Shown here in pieces: positions 18,687 through 28,482 of a stretch of 60,198 nt of DNA. The translations under genes and the position numbers were made by a program. The first letter of the stretch is position 1. Each line of letters starts with the position of its first letter. The notes beneath the pieces were generated by a model. It ran no database searches. It was not told where the DNA came from and saw only the letters and a program-made list of their open reading frames with translations. Where the stretch lies: assembly GCA_964474885.1 (NCBI GenBank), contig CAYYWO010000002.1:1-60198 (forward strand). The letters are read 5' to 3'. This DNA is from Candidatus Hadarchaeota archaeon (GTDB lineage Archaea; Hadarchaeota; Hadarchaeia; Hadarchaeales; JAWBSP01).

Positions 18687-19724
18687 ATGGTGTTCGAGAG
18701 GGAGCGGGAAGAAGAGTATCTGTGGCCCGAAGCCCTGCTCAGGCTTCTAGAGAAGGCCTCATCGCTCGTCCCGGTGCCGGAGATAGAAGGAAAGAAGCCC
18801 GAAGTGCGGGATGTACCCCCGGCACGACTTGAGGGACAGCTGATATGCGGAGTGGACGGATCGCATGCGGGCAAGGAGCTATCAGGGCACTACTTCGGCA
18901 TTGCCGTAGCCATGGCCTACACCTCTGACTGGAGGGTGATAAGGGATGAGCGGCCTATTTTCGACGGGGACATCTACAGGCTCACCTCGGTAGCCGGGCA
19001 GACTTGGCTGTCGCTAGAGGAGACAGGATACATCTTCACCGTCGCCAAGAAGGCGGTCGAGCAAAGGAGACCGAACTGGATCATAATAGACGGACCCCTG
19101 CTCATGTATCCGGGTTTGATCTACCACGATGATCCAGACGGTGTGGACCTAGACAGGCTTAGAGGCTACAGGCTTGCGCTGCACGACTGCGCCGGGAAGA
19201 TCTTGAACTTCCTGCAGGCATGCAAGGAGAGAGGAGTAGGGACGCTCGGGCTCGTGAAGAGGGTGAGATCTTCCCTCTTCGATCCGACCAAGCGCAGGAG
19301 GGACGCCTCTTTCCTGCAGAAACACATGAGGTACGGGCAGATGACGAAACCTGTCCAGCCTGGCAAGCATCCTAGCCTGAACCTGTACGAAAAGGTCTCC
19401 CAAGAGCTGGGCTTCAAGCCGGAGGTGCCGTGGAAGGACTACTTCACGGTGGTTTATCTGAAGAGCTCGAGGGTCAAGCCGCCCTTCAGGCTCGAGCTAC
19501 CTCACTGGGTGCATCCCGAGGAGGCAGCATCCATGGTGCTCGCCGTCTCGGATCCGATCACAGGAGTCCCGGTTCACATCCAGCGGGTGGAGGGGCTGAT
19601 AAGGATCGGGCAGGAGACCCTCAGATCAGTTTACGCCCGTCTGCTCACTAAGATGCGGGGCTCCCCCGATCTTATACCGTTGCATGGGGAGGAATTTGTA
19701 GGTCAGAGGTGGGAGCGTGCCTGA
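18687..19724 (+). CDS. nurA: NurA family nuclease
   Basis: GVDGS, IIIDGPL, GLVKR, PFRLE motifs; adjacent to a HerA-like ATPase. Confidence 0.8.
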   Translation: MVFEREREEEYLWPEALLRLLEKASSLVPVPEIEGKKPEVRDVPPARLEGQLICGVDGSHAGKELSGHYFGIAVAMAYTSDWRVIRDERPIFDGDIYRLTSVAGQTWLSLEETGYIFTVAKKAVEQRRPNWIIIDGPLLMYPGLIYHDDPDGVDLDRLRGYRLALHDCAGKILNFLQACKERGVGTLGLVKRVRSSLFDPTKRRRDASFLQKHMRYGQMTKPVQPGKHPSLNLYEKVSQELGFKPEVPWKDYFTVVYLKSSRVKPPFRLELPHWVHPEEAASMVLAVSDPITGVPVHIQRVEGLIRIGQETLRSVYARLLTKMRGSPDLIPLHGEEFVGQRWERA

Positions 19725-21207
19725 GACGATAGGTGTGGTGACGAGTCCCTCAAAGATCGATGAGTTCAACATGATCCTGTTGCCGGGGCAGCATGTGAGG
19801 AGAGGTGAGTACTGCATCTTCAAGCACCCCTTGAGGCAGGACGTCTGGTGCCTGGGGAGGATCATCGGAGGGAAAAGGGCGAATCCCGAGATCCTGCCCA
19901 CGGCCATCACGGTTGTGCTCTTCAAAATGGGCTTCCAGATCTCCCCCGACAGAGAGGTCTCAATCCTAGATGTCGAGGCGATAGGCTACAAGGATGGGGA
20001 GAGCTTCAAGCCCATGGATTTTCCCGTCGCTCCAGGCTCGGAGGTCTACCGGGCGGAGACCCAGCACGTGAAGGGTTTCCTTAGGGGTAGGGAGGGCATC
20101 CAGATCCCAGTCGGCCAAGATCCCTACTCTGGGGTCGAAATCTCCCTGAGTTTGGACACTATAACCAAGGGGCACCTGGCCATCTGCGGTATGACGAGGT
20201 CCGGGAAGAGTACCTTCGTCCTCACCCTCATCCGGGAGGCCTGCAAGAGAGGTGCTAGGTTCCTCATCTTCGACCGAACCGGGGAATACATCCAGCCCCT
20301 CCAAGAAGCCGGGATCAACTGCCAAGTTGTGGACCCCTCCGACTTCCAGGGGCTTGCCTCCCTCACTCAGGAGCAGGTCGCCTCGCTTTTGGGCATCAGT
20401 CTCAGGTCGTCGGCTGGGGCCTCCCTAGTGAGCTCCATCACTGAGTTGATCGAGGTTGGGCAGAAGGAGAAGCTGAGGGATCCCCAGGAGATCCTCTCCC
20501 GCTGCGAGCGGAAAATCACCAGGTACAAAGAAAAAGCCCTGAGCGAGATCAGGAGCATGATAAAGAGGAGCACGGAGGTCTTGGAAAAACTCTCAGGGAT
20601 GAGGGAAGAGCCTGAGAACGTAATAAACCTGCTGAAGCGGCGGCAGGCAGTAATCGTGGACATGTCCAGGGAGAGATCTATCACCTCCCAGCAGACTACT
20701 GTCTCGAACGTTCTCGACCAGATCTTCTCCTTCGCCACCTCGACGCGGGGAGAAGAGCTGACCTTCCTCGTCGTGCTGGAGGAGGCGCAGTTCTATGCCC
20801 CCGAGAGAATAGTAACCTACGGTGATCCCTACAAGACAGGATCCCTAGATGCGGTGACTGCCTGCCTCTCCCAGCTGGGAGGATTCAACGTCGGATTCAT
20901 CGTGATGACACAACGCCCTGCCTACGTTAGCAAGTCTGTGCTCTCCCAGTGCAACACTGTCCTCAGCTTCAGACTCATGTCAAGCGCGGATCACGAGCAG
21001 ATCGCGGGAGTCACAGGCTACTCTCAATACAAGGTTTCGAGCCTGCTAAGCGGGCTTGAGGATCATGTCGGGTACCTCATTGGGATGGGTTCTCCCTTCG
21101 GCTTTCCGACCTTTATCCAGACTCTCCCCGACAGGCTCTACCCGAGAAAAGCCACGAAGACTCCCTCCGAGGTGCTCAAGGAGTTTTCAGCATCCCAAGC
21201 CTCTTGA
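19717..21207 (+). CDS. herA: HerA-like ATPase (HAS barrel plus FtsK/HerA P-loop)
   Basis: HLAICGMTRSGKS, IFDRTGEY, VVLEEAQFYAP, TQRP, VLSQCNT. Confidence 0.82.
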   Translation: MPETIGVVTSPSKIDEFNMILLPGQHVRRGEYCIFKHPLRQDVWCLGRIIGGKRANPEILPTAITVVLFKMGFQISPDREVSILDVEAIGYKDGESFKPMDFPVAPGSEVYRAETQHVKGFLRGREGIQIPVGQDPYSGVEISLSLDTITKGHLAICGMTRSGKSTFVLTLIREACKRGARFLIFDRTGEYIQPLQEAGINCQVVDPSDFQGLASLTQEQVASLLGISLRSSAGASLVSSITELIEVGQKEKLRDPQEILSRCERKITRYKEKALSEIRSMIKRSTEVLEKLSGMREEPENVINLLKRRQAVIVDMSRERSITSQQTTVSNVLDQIFSFATSTRGEELTFLVVLEEAQFYAPERIVTYGDPYKTGSLDAVTACLSQLGGFNVGFIVMTQRPAYVSKSVLSQCNTVLSFRLMSSADHEQIAGVTGYSQYKVSSLLSGLEDHVGYLIGMGSPFGFPTFIQTLPDRLYPRKATKTPSEVLKEFSASQAS

Positions 21208-22117
21208 GGAGCTGGCAGGCCTTGCACAGCTCCCCAACGGAGGGCTCACCGCATACCTGGCAGCTCCGGAGCTGGAAGTTCTCCGGTAACAAGCTGTCCA
21301 GAGCTGGCTTTATCCTGTCAAAGAAGCGTACGATCATGTACTTGGAGTTGGGGTGCTTGCGCTCCAGCTGATCTAAGAATTCACCCAGCTCTGCGTGCAG
21401 GCCCCGCCTGTAGGGGCACCTCTTTTCATAAAAATCGAGCCCCTTGAGCCTGGCATACAGGTGTATCTCCTCCTCCATGACATCCCGCAGGGGTTTGATG
21501 CGGGGGACGAAGCCTTCCCTAGCCTCGTACTTGGGGCCGAGTCTGCTCAGCCTGTTCAGGTCCCCTCGGATGTAGTCCAGCATGATCGCCTCCGCCTCGT
21601 CATCTAGGTTGTGGGCCGTCGCTACCTTCGTAGCCCCGAGATTTTTTGCAACCTTGTTCAGCAGGCTACGCCTCAAAACCCCGCAGTAGGTGCAGGGGCC
21701 CTCAGGCAGTCCCTCCCTCTCCGCCACGAGAAGGATTTCATCCAGCGTATGCCCGTACTCTCGCTCAAAGGTGAAAAGCTTCCACTCCACGCCTAGCCTG
21801 TCGGCTGCTCGCTTCGCGTACTCGATGCAGTGCTCCCTGAATCCCCGGATGCCCTCATCGATGGTCACTGCCACCATGTCGAACCCCCATTCATCCCGCC
21901 TCTCAGCCAGCAGGTGCAGGAGTGTTATGGAGTCCTTCCCCCCAGACAGGGCCAGCAATATCCTGTCCTTTTTTTCGATGAGTCTCTGCTCACGAACAAG
22001 GCGGCGGAACCTATGCTCCACGCTCCTGATAAAATGACGGTCGCACAGTCTGACTCCTGCATACCTGCGCTCGTAAACCGCCCTGCGCCCGCAAAAGCTA
22101 CAGCTACCCTCCATCAA
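21176..22117 (-). CDS. tRNA 2-thiouridine synthesis protein NcsA/TtuA (TIGR00269-like)
   Basis: SGGKDS, CTYCGVLRR, TAHNLDD, N- and C-terminal Zn fingers. Confidence 0.9.
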   Translation of the reverse strand: MMEGSCSFCGRRAVYERRYAGVRLCDRHFIRSVEHRFRRLVREQRLIEKKDRILLALSGGKDSITLLHLLAERRDEWGFDMVAVTIDEGIRGFREHCIEYAKRAADRLGVEWKLFTFEREYGHTLDEILLVAEREGLPEGPCTYCGVLRRSLLNKVAKNLGATKVATAHNLDDEAEAIMLDYIRGDLNRLSRLGPKYEAREGFVPRIKPLRDVMEEEIHLYARLKGLDFYEKRCPYRRGLHAELGEFLDQLERKHPNSKYMIVRFFDRIKPALDSLLPENFQLRSCQVCGEPSVGELCKACQLLKRLGMLKTP

Positions 22118-22218
22118 GAATAGCCTCCGGTTTTATGGTATCGAGTTTCCAATGAAAATTGCGTGAAATACTCATCATCCAAATCGTGACTCGCCTGAAA
22201 GCTAAAGAGGACCAAAAC

Positions 22219-22950
22219 ATGATGAAGAAAAAAACTGCTGGATCTCCTCTATGGTTTTGGATAGGAGCACTTACTTTAGCTCTGGTTATTTTCATATCCT
22301 CTGCCTCCATCATAAGCTTCATGGAAAGGTACAGCACAATTTCAGAGTGGCCTATTTTGGCAATGTTCGCTGTTGAGACACCTTTAATACTTTTTGGCAT
22401 TTATTCCGTGAAAAAGGGCAAGGGCGAAGTGTATTCACTGAAAGCTGACCTTCTCCCAGTGTTAATCATCTTTTTGCTTCTTGGATTGCTTGGACTAATG
22501 CCCCCGGGATCGCCTATTTACTATTGGGTTGGATCAGGAGTGCCAGTTTTAGCCTTTGTTGGTCTCCCAGTTTACTTTTTCCATCGTAGAGTGCTCAGGA
22601 AAATGGGTATCGCAAACATTCCGAGAGAAAGGCGGAACAGAAGAATCGTTGAATTGAACTGTTCATACGATGAGGCTTTTAACTTATGCAAGTCAGCCCT
22701 CAATTCGATTAGGGGAGCAACGATTTCAGAGATAGACAAATCTTCAGGTTCTATTGTCGCAAAAACAAGCCCAAACATGAAAGGTTGGGGAGAGGTTATC
22801 ACCCTTAACATTCAGGAGGCAGATAGCAAAGTGAAAATAGAAGTGATAAGCAAACCTCGAATTGGGCCACAACTACTTGTACTCGATTATGGGAAAAACT
22901 ATGAGAATGTTAAAAAGATTGCTGACTTTCTCTTAAGAAAAACGAGCTAA
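22219..22950 (+). CDS. AT-rich hypothetical membrane protein
   Basis: Four TM helices plus a soluble C-terminal domain (WGEVIT...DYGKNYENV). Confidence 0.65.
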   Translation: MMKKKTAGSPLWFWIGALTLALVIFISSASIISFMERYSTISEWPILAMFAVETPLILFGIYSVKKGKGEVYSLKADLLPVLIIFLLLGLLGLMPPGSPIYYWVGSGVPVLAFVGLPVYFFHRRVLRKMGIANIPRERRNRRIVELNCSYDEAFNLCKSALNSIRGATISEIDKSSGSIVAKTSPNMKGWGEVITLNIQEADSKVKIEVISKPRIGPQLLVLDYGKNYENVKKIADFLLRKTS

Positions 22951-22969
22951 GGGTCATGAACCATGACCC
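22951..22969. repeat. Perfect 8-bp inverted repeat (hairpin) immediately after the stop codon
   Basis: GGGTCATG-AAC-CATGACCC. Confidence 0.55.
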
Positions 22970-23111
22970 GCTACAACTCTTCACTTCGTTAGCTCGGCCC
23001 TTCGAGACTCTGACGAGCAAAATGCTTCGTTCTCCCCTAATTTTTGCCCCATCGGCAAACCTCTTTTATCCGCAAAACGTAATAATTAACAGAACTGGTT
23101 TGAATAGAAAA

Positions 23112-23594
23112 ATGGCGGAGTTCAGGCACATAGTAAGGGTTGCCGGGACCGACCTTAGAGGAGAGAAGAGACTAGACATAGCCCTCGCGGACATAAAGGG
23201 GGTTGGCTTCGCAATGGCTAGAGCTCTGGCCCACGCCGCAGGTTTGGACCCCTTCATGAAAGCGGGCTACTTAACGGATGAACAAGTTGAAAAAATAGAG
23301 GAAATTCTTAAAGACCCTCTGAAATATGGCATACCCTCCTGGATGCTCAACCGGAGGAAGGACTACGAGACCGGGAAAGACTTACACCTAGTCGGGACTG
23401 AGCTCGTGCTAGCGGAGAAGGCTGACATCGACAGGGAGAAAAAGATACGGAGCAGGAGGGGCATAAGGCACGAGCTGGGCCTGCCTGTGAGAGGGCAGAG
23501 AACCAGGACCACCGGGAGGAGGGGACTGACCGTCGGAGTCATAAGGAGGAAAGATCTAAGGGCCCAGGCCAAAGCGGAGGCCAAGAAGGCATGA
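23112..23594 (+). CDS. rps13: 30S ribosomal protein S13
   Basis: [38 protein letters not shown]. Confidence 0.97.
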   Translation: MAEFRHIVRVAGTDLRGEKRLDIALADIKGVGFAMARALAHAAGLDPFMKAGYLTDEQVEKIEEILKDPLKYGIPSWMLNRRKDYETGKDLHLVGTELVLAEKADIDREKKIRSRRGIRHELGLPVRGQRTRTTGRRGLTVGVIRRKDLRAQAKAEAKKA

Positions 23595-24052
23595 AGAGGC
23601 AACGCAAAAAATACACAACTCCTCTAAAGCCTTGGGATAAGGAACGCTTGGCTGAAGAGAGGAAGTTACTTCAGACCTACGGATTGAAGAACAAGAGGGA
23701 GCTCTGGAGGATGCAGGCAATTCTTAGGAGCTGGAGGGTCGCCGCCCGGAGGCTCCTAGCCTCGAGGGGACCCCAGGCGGAGAGGGAGACCAAACAGCTG
23801 ATCTCCCACCTGCAGAGGCTGGGCTTGGTGGGCGAGAACGCCACGCTGGACGACGTCTTGGGACTGACGGTAAAGGACGTCCTAGAGCGAAGGTTGCAGA
23901 CGGTCATCTGGAGGAAAGGACTTGCGAACACGGTCAAACATGCTAGGCAACTCATAACACACCGCAAGGTGAAACTGGGGGACGAGATCGTCTGTTCGCC
24001 GAGCAGGCTGCTCGAAAAGGATCTTGAAAACAAGCTGGAGCTGATCAGATGA
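23591..24052 (+). CDS. rps4: 30S ribosomal protein S4
   Basis: [24 protein letters not shown]. Confidence 0.96.
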   Translation: MKRQRKKYTTPLKPWDKERLAEERKLLQTYGLKNKRELWRMQAILRSWRVAARRLLASRGPQAERETKQLISHLQRLGLVGENATLDDVLGLTVKDVLERRLQTVIWRKGLANTVKHARQLITHRKVKLGDEIVCSPSRLLEKDLENKLELIR

Positions 24053-24441
24053 AGGAGCGGGAGCGCTGGGGTGTGGCACACATCTACTCCTCCTCGAACA
24101 ACACAATAGTCCATATAACTGACTTAACCGGGGCTGAAACGATAAGCATTTGGTCCGGGGGAAGGATCGTGAAGGCGGACAGGGAGGAGGGATCCCCCTA
24201 TGCCGCTATGCAGGCGGCCAGCAGGGCGGCGAGCGAGGCTATGGCAAAGGGCATAGTGGGCGTCCACATAAAGGTAAGAGCACCCGGAGGATCCAAGTCC
24301 AAGATACCCGGTCCTGGCGCGCAGGCAGCCATCAGAGCTCTGGCACGGGCTGGCCTGAAGATTGGGAGGATCGAAGATGTAACACCGATACCGCACGACG
24401 GGACCAGGCCCAAGGGGGGAAGGAGGGGGAGGAGGCTGTGA
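24049..24441 (+). CDS. rps11: 30S ribosomal protein S11
   Basis: [32 protein letters not shown]. Confidence 0.97.
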   Translation: MKERERWGVAHIYSSSNNTIVHITDLTGAETISIWSGGRIVKADREEGSPYAAMQAASRAASEAMAKGIVGVHIKVRAPGGSKSKIPGPGAQAAIRALARAGLKIGRIEDVTPIPHDGTRPKGGRRGRRL

Positions 24442-25223
24442 GGATCGAAATCACGAGCTCCCAAGGAGAGGTGCTCAGGTTCAAGCTCTATGATTCCAAC
24501 CCAGCCTTCGCGAATTCTCTACGGAGGGCTATCATGAGGGAGGTGCCCGTCTTGGCCATCGATGAGGTCGAATTCCACAAAAATGACACAGTACTCTACG
24601 ACGAGATAATCGCCCACCGTTTGGCTATGATCCCACTCGTGACACCTCCTGGCTACAGGCTGCCAGAGGAGTGCGACTGCACCGACAAGAGATGCCCCAA
24701 ATGCAGCGTCAGCTTCAAGGTCAAAGTAAGGGGACCCTACACTCTCACTTCCGCCGACCTGAAAGCTTCCGATCCGAGAGTAAAACCCGTCAGCGATAAG
24801 ATCACGATCGTTAAGGTGGGGGAAGGGCAGGAGCTCGAGTTCGAGGCCTTCGCGAGACTTGGATTTGGAAAACAACATGCAAAATGGCAGCCGGCGATCT
24901 GCGCCTACAAGTACATGCCGGTGGTGACCATCAACTCTAGAGTGTGCGATGGGTGCGGAAAGTGTGTAGAGGTCTGCCCCAGAGGGATCCTGCAGGTGGA
25001 TGGGGGGAGAGCCAGAGTCTCAGAGGTGGAAAGGTGCATTATGTGCAGAGCTTGCCAGAGAGCCTGTGAGAAGGGGGCGATAGAGGTAAAGGGGGATGAC
25101 ACGACCTTCTGCTTCTTCATCGAATCGACCGGTGTGCTACCCCCTCAGGAGATTCTGAGGAGGGCGCTGGAGGTCTTGAGAGATAAGTTCGAGGAGTTCG
25201 CGGAAGAGGTCAAAAAACTATAG
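24438..25223 (+). CDS. rpoD: RNA polymerase subunit D (Rpo3) with a 2[4Fe-4S] ferredoxin-like domain
   Basis: [24 protein letters not shown]; CDGCGKC..CP and CIMCRAC..C; GTG start overlaps the rps11 stop. Confidence 0.95.
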   Translation: MRIEITSSQGEVLRFKLYDSNPAFANSLRRAIMREVPVLAIDEVEFHKNDTVLYDEIIAHRLAMIPLVTPPGYRLPEECDCTDKRCPKCSVSFKVKVRGPYTLTSADLKASDPRVKPVSDKITIVKVGEGQELEFEAFARLGFGKQHAKWQPAICAYKYMPVVTINSRVCDGCGKCVEVCPRGILQVDGGRARVSEVERCIMCRACQRACEKGAIEVKGDDTTFCFFIESTGVLPPQEILRRALEVLRDKFEEFAEEVKKL

Positions 25224-25247
25224 GGGATTTTTCAAAAACAATTGATA

Positions 25248-25335
25248 GCGGGGGTCGCCAAGCCAGGTCAAAGGCGCCGGCCTGAGGCGCCGGTCCCGTA
25301 GGGGTTCAGGGGTTCAAATCCCCTCCCCCGCACCA
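25248..25335 (+). tRNA. tRNA-Leu(GAG)
   Basis: GCGGGGG acceptor, loop CTGAGGC, long variable arm, CCA. Confidence 0.95.
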
Positions 25336-25389
25336 GCTTGCATTTTTTCTAAAATTGAAGTTAACTTTACATATTGAACCTGACTTCAT

Positions 25390-25924
25390 ATGAAATTTCA
25401 CAATATCCTTGAAGAGGTGTTCGGAACCCCGGAGCGGATAAAAATCCTGCGGGTATTGGCAAGCTACCCCAAGGAGTTCACATCGAGAGAACTTGCCGCC
25501 CACACGGGTGTCTCCGTTCGGCATCATCGACATCTTTAGTTTGTTCGAGCGACATGGATTTGTCAAAAGCCACAGGGTTGGAAAGTCCATAACCTGGAAG
25601 ATCAACCGGGAACATTACTTGGTCAGGTCGCTGATCAGACCAGTTATCGAGGCGGAGAGGAACCTCATGCATGCCCTTAAACGGGAGATCTCGGCTGTTG
25701 TGAGGAAATACCCGATTCAAAGGGTGATCGTGTACAGTAGCGTTGCCCGGGGTGACGAGAGGTCAGACAGTGACTTAGATCTGGCGCTCCTAGTGAAAAG
25801 AAGGGACAGATGGATCGAGCAACTGGAAGCCGAGCTTAGAGACAGGATCTCAAGGCGCTTCGGGAACACGTTGTCGATCCTAGTCTATCAGCCGCTGGTT
25901 CAAGAAGGTGAAAGGTGCTCTTAA
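25390..25924 (+). pseudogene. Frameshifted HTH-MNT (minimal nucleotidyltransferase) antitoxin
   Basis: MKFHNILEEVFGT..HTH frame breaks near 25520; downstream frame has YSSVARG..SDLD (GS motif altered). Confidence 0.7.
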
Positions 25925-25972
25925 AAGAGAAATAGAAAGCGGTGTTGTGATATTTGGTGATTAAAATGGTCA

Positions 25973-26398
25973 GTGAACAACAGGTTGACAAATTACCTCA
26001 GAAAAGCTCAAGAGTACCTCGAAGGCATAAAGGCCGAGCTGGCGAGCGGTCGCTGGAACATGGCTGTGCTAGCGGGGGTTCACTGCGCGATCTCCGCCTG
26101 CGATGCTCTTACAATTTTCTACTTGGGTAAAAAGCACAAGGGAATCAAGCATGCTGATGCCGCCAAGTTGCTAGCAAGCATAGATGCTATAGACAAAAAA
26201 GAACTAAAAGAGTAAGGCTAGTCAGTTCGTTTCGATTTTGGATTTTAAAACTCCGGTTGAGTATGACAGGACCATCTTCGATGAGACGGATGCTAGGGTG
26301 CTGCTGAAGCGGGTTGAGAGATTTTACAACTGGGTTCGAGAGAAACTGCCCCCAGTGAAAGAGTTTGGGCCCAGTGTGCTACAAGTTACCGGCTCTTG
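25973..26398 (+). pseudogene. Frameshifted HEPN toxin
   Basis: YLRKAQEYL..HCAISACDA..HADA; TAA at 26213, and the reading continues in a shifted frame as KASQFVSILDFKTPVEY...WVREKL. Confidence 0.7.
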
Positions 26399-26465
26399 AA
26401 CGGAATCCTCCAGGTAGAGTACGGAGTCGTCCGGTTTGCAAGAACAACTCTAGGGGAAACTAAAG

Positions 26466-27521
26466 CTACCCCAAAGCCTCCCTCCCAACCGCCGCTAGCA
26501 GAAGCTGGCGCTCCTCCTCGCTCCGTGCGAACACGTGCCAGTTTCCAAGCTTGACGTTGCGCAGACCGACCTCTTTAACCGCTGAGAATGCACGCAACAT
26601 CTCGCGCAGGGTCGGTGGCCTCACATGCCTGAGCTTGTTCTCGGGGAAGAATGCGAGAATCGTGAACGGGATGCGTGCATCCACCTCGCGGACAAGCTCC
26701 GCGATCTTCCTTATCTGATCCGTCTCCACCCAGCCGGGGATGTACAGCGTGAGCACCTCGAGCACGAAACCCGAATCCACGATCCGGGCAGGGGCCTCGA
26801 GCACGGTACGATTGCTCGCCCCGCAGAGCCTGCGGTACGTCTCCTTATCGTAGGCTTTGATGTCCAGCCAGAAGGAATCGACTCCTGCACTCGCCAGCAC
26901 CTCCAGGTTCTGCGGGGTCAGGCCGAGGCCGTTCGTTTCAATCAGGACCCACATCCGCTCGCAGGCGCGCTTGATGCGCTGGGTCGCTTCCGCGTAGAAC
27001 TCTGCCCTGCACACGAGATCCCCGCCGGTGAAGGCGATGATGTTGCGTGCGGGCCCGTAACCTTGAGGACTGAGAATCACTTGTTCAGGACACAACCTTC
27101 TCGGGCAAAGCTCGCCTGGTACGCCGAGCGTCTGGCATGCCCCGCAGTGCATGCAGAGGTCGCTCGCATGGAACATGGTCGCACGCTCGCGGGGCTCGCG
27201 GACGGTGACACAGAGCTCGTAGTCGGCAGCCATCCGTGCTATGTCCTCCGTCGAGGCCCAAAAGCCCTCGGCACGCTGGGTGAAGCGCCAGGAATGGCAT
27301 TTGAGACATGAATGGTTGCAGCCGCTCTGGTAGATGCTGAAGTAGTCCTCGGGGCGCGAGAGGTGGGCTGCCGCGATGAGGCGCTCCCAGCCGTGCGGTC
27401 CACGCCTAAGAGTTACCTCGCACGCCGGTTTTGGTCCCTCGGGGGTCTGGGTCAGGCAGGCCCCTGGAGAGAAACCCTGGGCCAGCATCCGGCATTGGTT
27501 CATCAGTTCAAGGTTATCCAA
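26466..27521 (-). CDS. Radical SAM protein (PFL-activase-like)
   Basis: GCNHSCLKCH, FTGGD, ETNG, DIKA; extra CxxCxxC...C cluster. Confidence 0.85.
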   Translation of the reverse strand: MDNLELMNQCRMLAQGFSPGACLTQTPEGPKPACEVTLRRGPHGWERLIAAAHLSRPEDYFSIYQSGCNHSCLKCHSWRFTQRAEGFWASTEDIARMAADYELCVTVREPRERATMFHASDLCMHCGACQTLGVPGELCPRRLCPEQVILSPQGYGPARNIIAFTGGDLVCRAEFYAEATQRIKRACERMWVLIETNGLGLTPQNLEVLASAGVDSFWLDIKAYDKETYRRLCGASNRTVLEAPARIVDSGFVLEVLTLYIPGWVETDQIRKIAELVREVDARIPFTILAFFPENKLRHVRPPTLREMLRAFSAVKEVGLRNVKLGNWHVFARSEEERQLLLAAVGREALG

Positions 27522-27619
27522 GGTCGTTTTACCAAACTTCTGCTTTACAACAAGCTCAAAAATTTTGTAAGATTGCTATATAAATAACAAGTGGAAACCC
27601 TGACCAAACACGTCCTCTC

Positions 27620-28198
27620 TCACTTTGGCGGAAGAGTGACGCGGAATAGTACAAGCTCTTCCCAAGCAATCTTCCTCCTCTTGAGCTCGAAACGCAGACC
27701 GAGCTGCTGCAGGTGCCTGCATGTATCCTCGACGCGAGCAAGGGAGGACTGGACAAAGATGCACCTCCCGCCCGGTCTGAGGTGTGAAGGGAGGCCCACC
27801 AGGAAGGGATCTATCACCCTCCTCCCGTCCGGACCGCCACACCAGCTGGGATCCTCACCCTCACAGGGGAGGTAGGGCGGGTTGAAGATTATCAGGTCAA
27901 ACTTCCCCCCGCCGACCGGCTCCCAGAGGTCCCCCTGCCTCAAGTCCAGCTTCACCCCATGTCTCTCCGCGTTCATTCGTGCGCACTCGATGGCCTTCGG
28001 GTTCACATCCGTAGCCACCACCCTACCCCCAGCCTTGGCGGCCAGAACGGCGAGGAGCCCGCAGCCCGTCCCCAGCTCCAAAACCTCCTCCCCTTCCTTC
28101 ACGTCCAGCTCCCGAGCCAGAAAGTAAGTGTCCTCGGCCGGCTCGTAGACCCCATCCAAGACGAGGAACTCCAGCTCCCCGAAGTAAACCTTCTTCAT
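27620..28198 (-). CDS. HemK2/MTQ2-like methyltransferase
   Basis: VYEPAEDT, LELGTGCG, FNPPYLP. Confidence 0.9.
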   Translation of the reverse strand: MKKVYFGELEFLVLDGVYEPAEDTYFLARELDVKEGEEVLELGTGCGLLAVLAAKAGGRVVATDVNPKAIECARMNAERHGVKLDLRQGDLWEPVGGGKFDLIIFNPPYLPCEGEDPSWCGGPDGRRVIDPFLVGLPSHLRPGGRCIFVQSSLARVEDTCRHLQQLGLRFELKRRKIAWEELVLFRVTLPPK

Positions 28199-28482
28199 CT
28201 GAGTCTTTTCCTGATCTCGGAGTCGATCAGCTTCGCCAGTGCGAGCTTGGAAACGAGGACGCACTCAACGCCCCTGAGGCTGGCCAGGTCCGATACCTTT
28301 GGATCCTGGGTGACGATCAGGAGCTTCCTGCGCCTTGCGTACTCGACCAGGTCCCTGTCCCTCGCACCCCTCAGGCCTGCGTCCTCGACCGTCACGACCT
28401 CCCAGCCCATGCTCTCGAAGTACTCCTTCAGCCCCGTGTACATCTCATCTAGCATGAGCCTGACGCCCTTCTTTCTCCGCAT
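28195..28482 (-). CDS. DUF5615 PIN-like protein
   Basis: LMLDEM, ARDRDL, IVTQD. Confidence 0.75.
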   Translation of the reverse strand: MRRKKGVRLMLDEMYTGLKEYFESMGWEVVTVEDAGLRGARDRDLVEYARRRKLLIVTQDPKVSDLASLRGVECVLVSKLALAKLIDSEIRKRLR

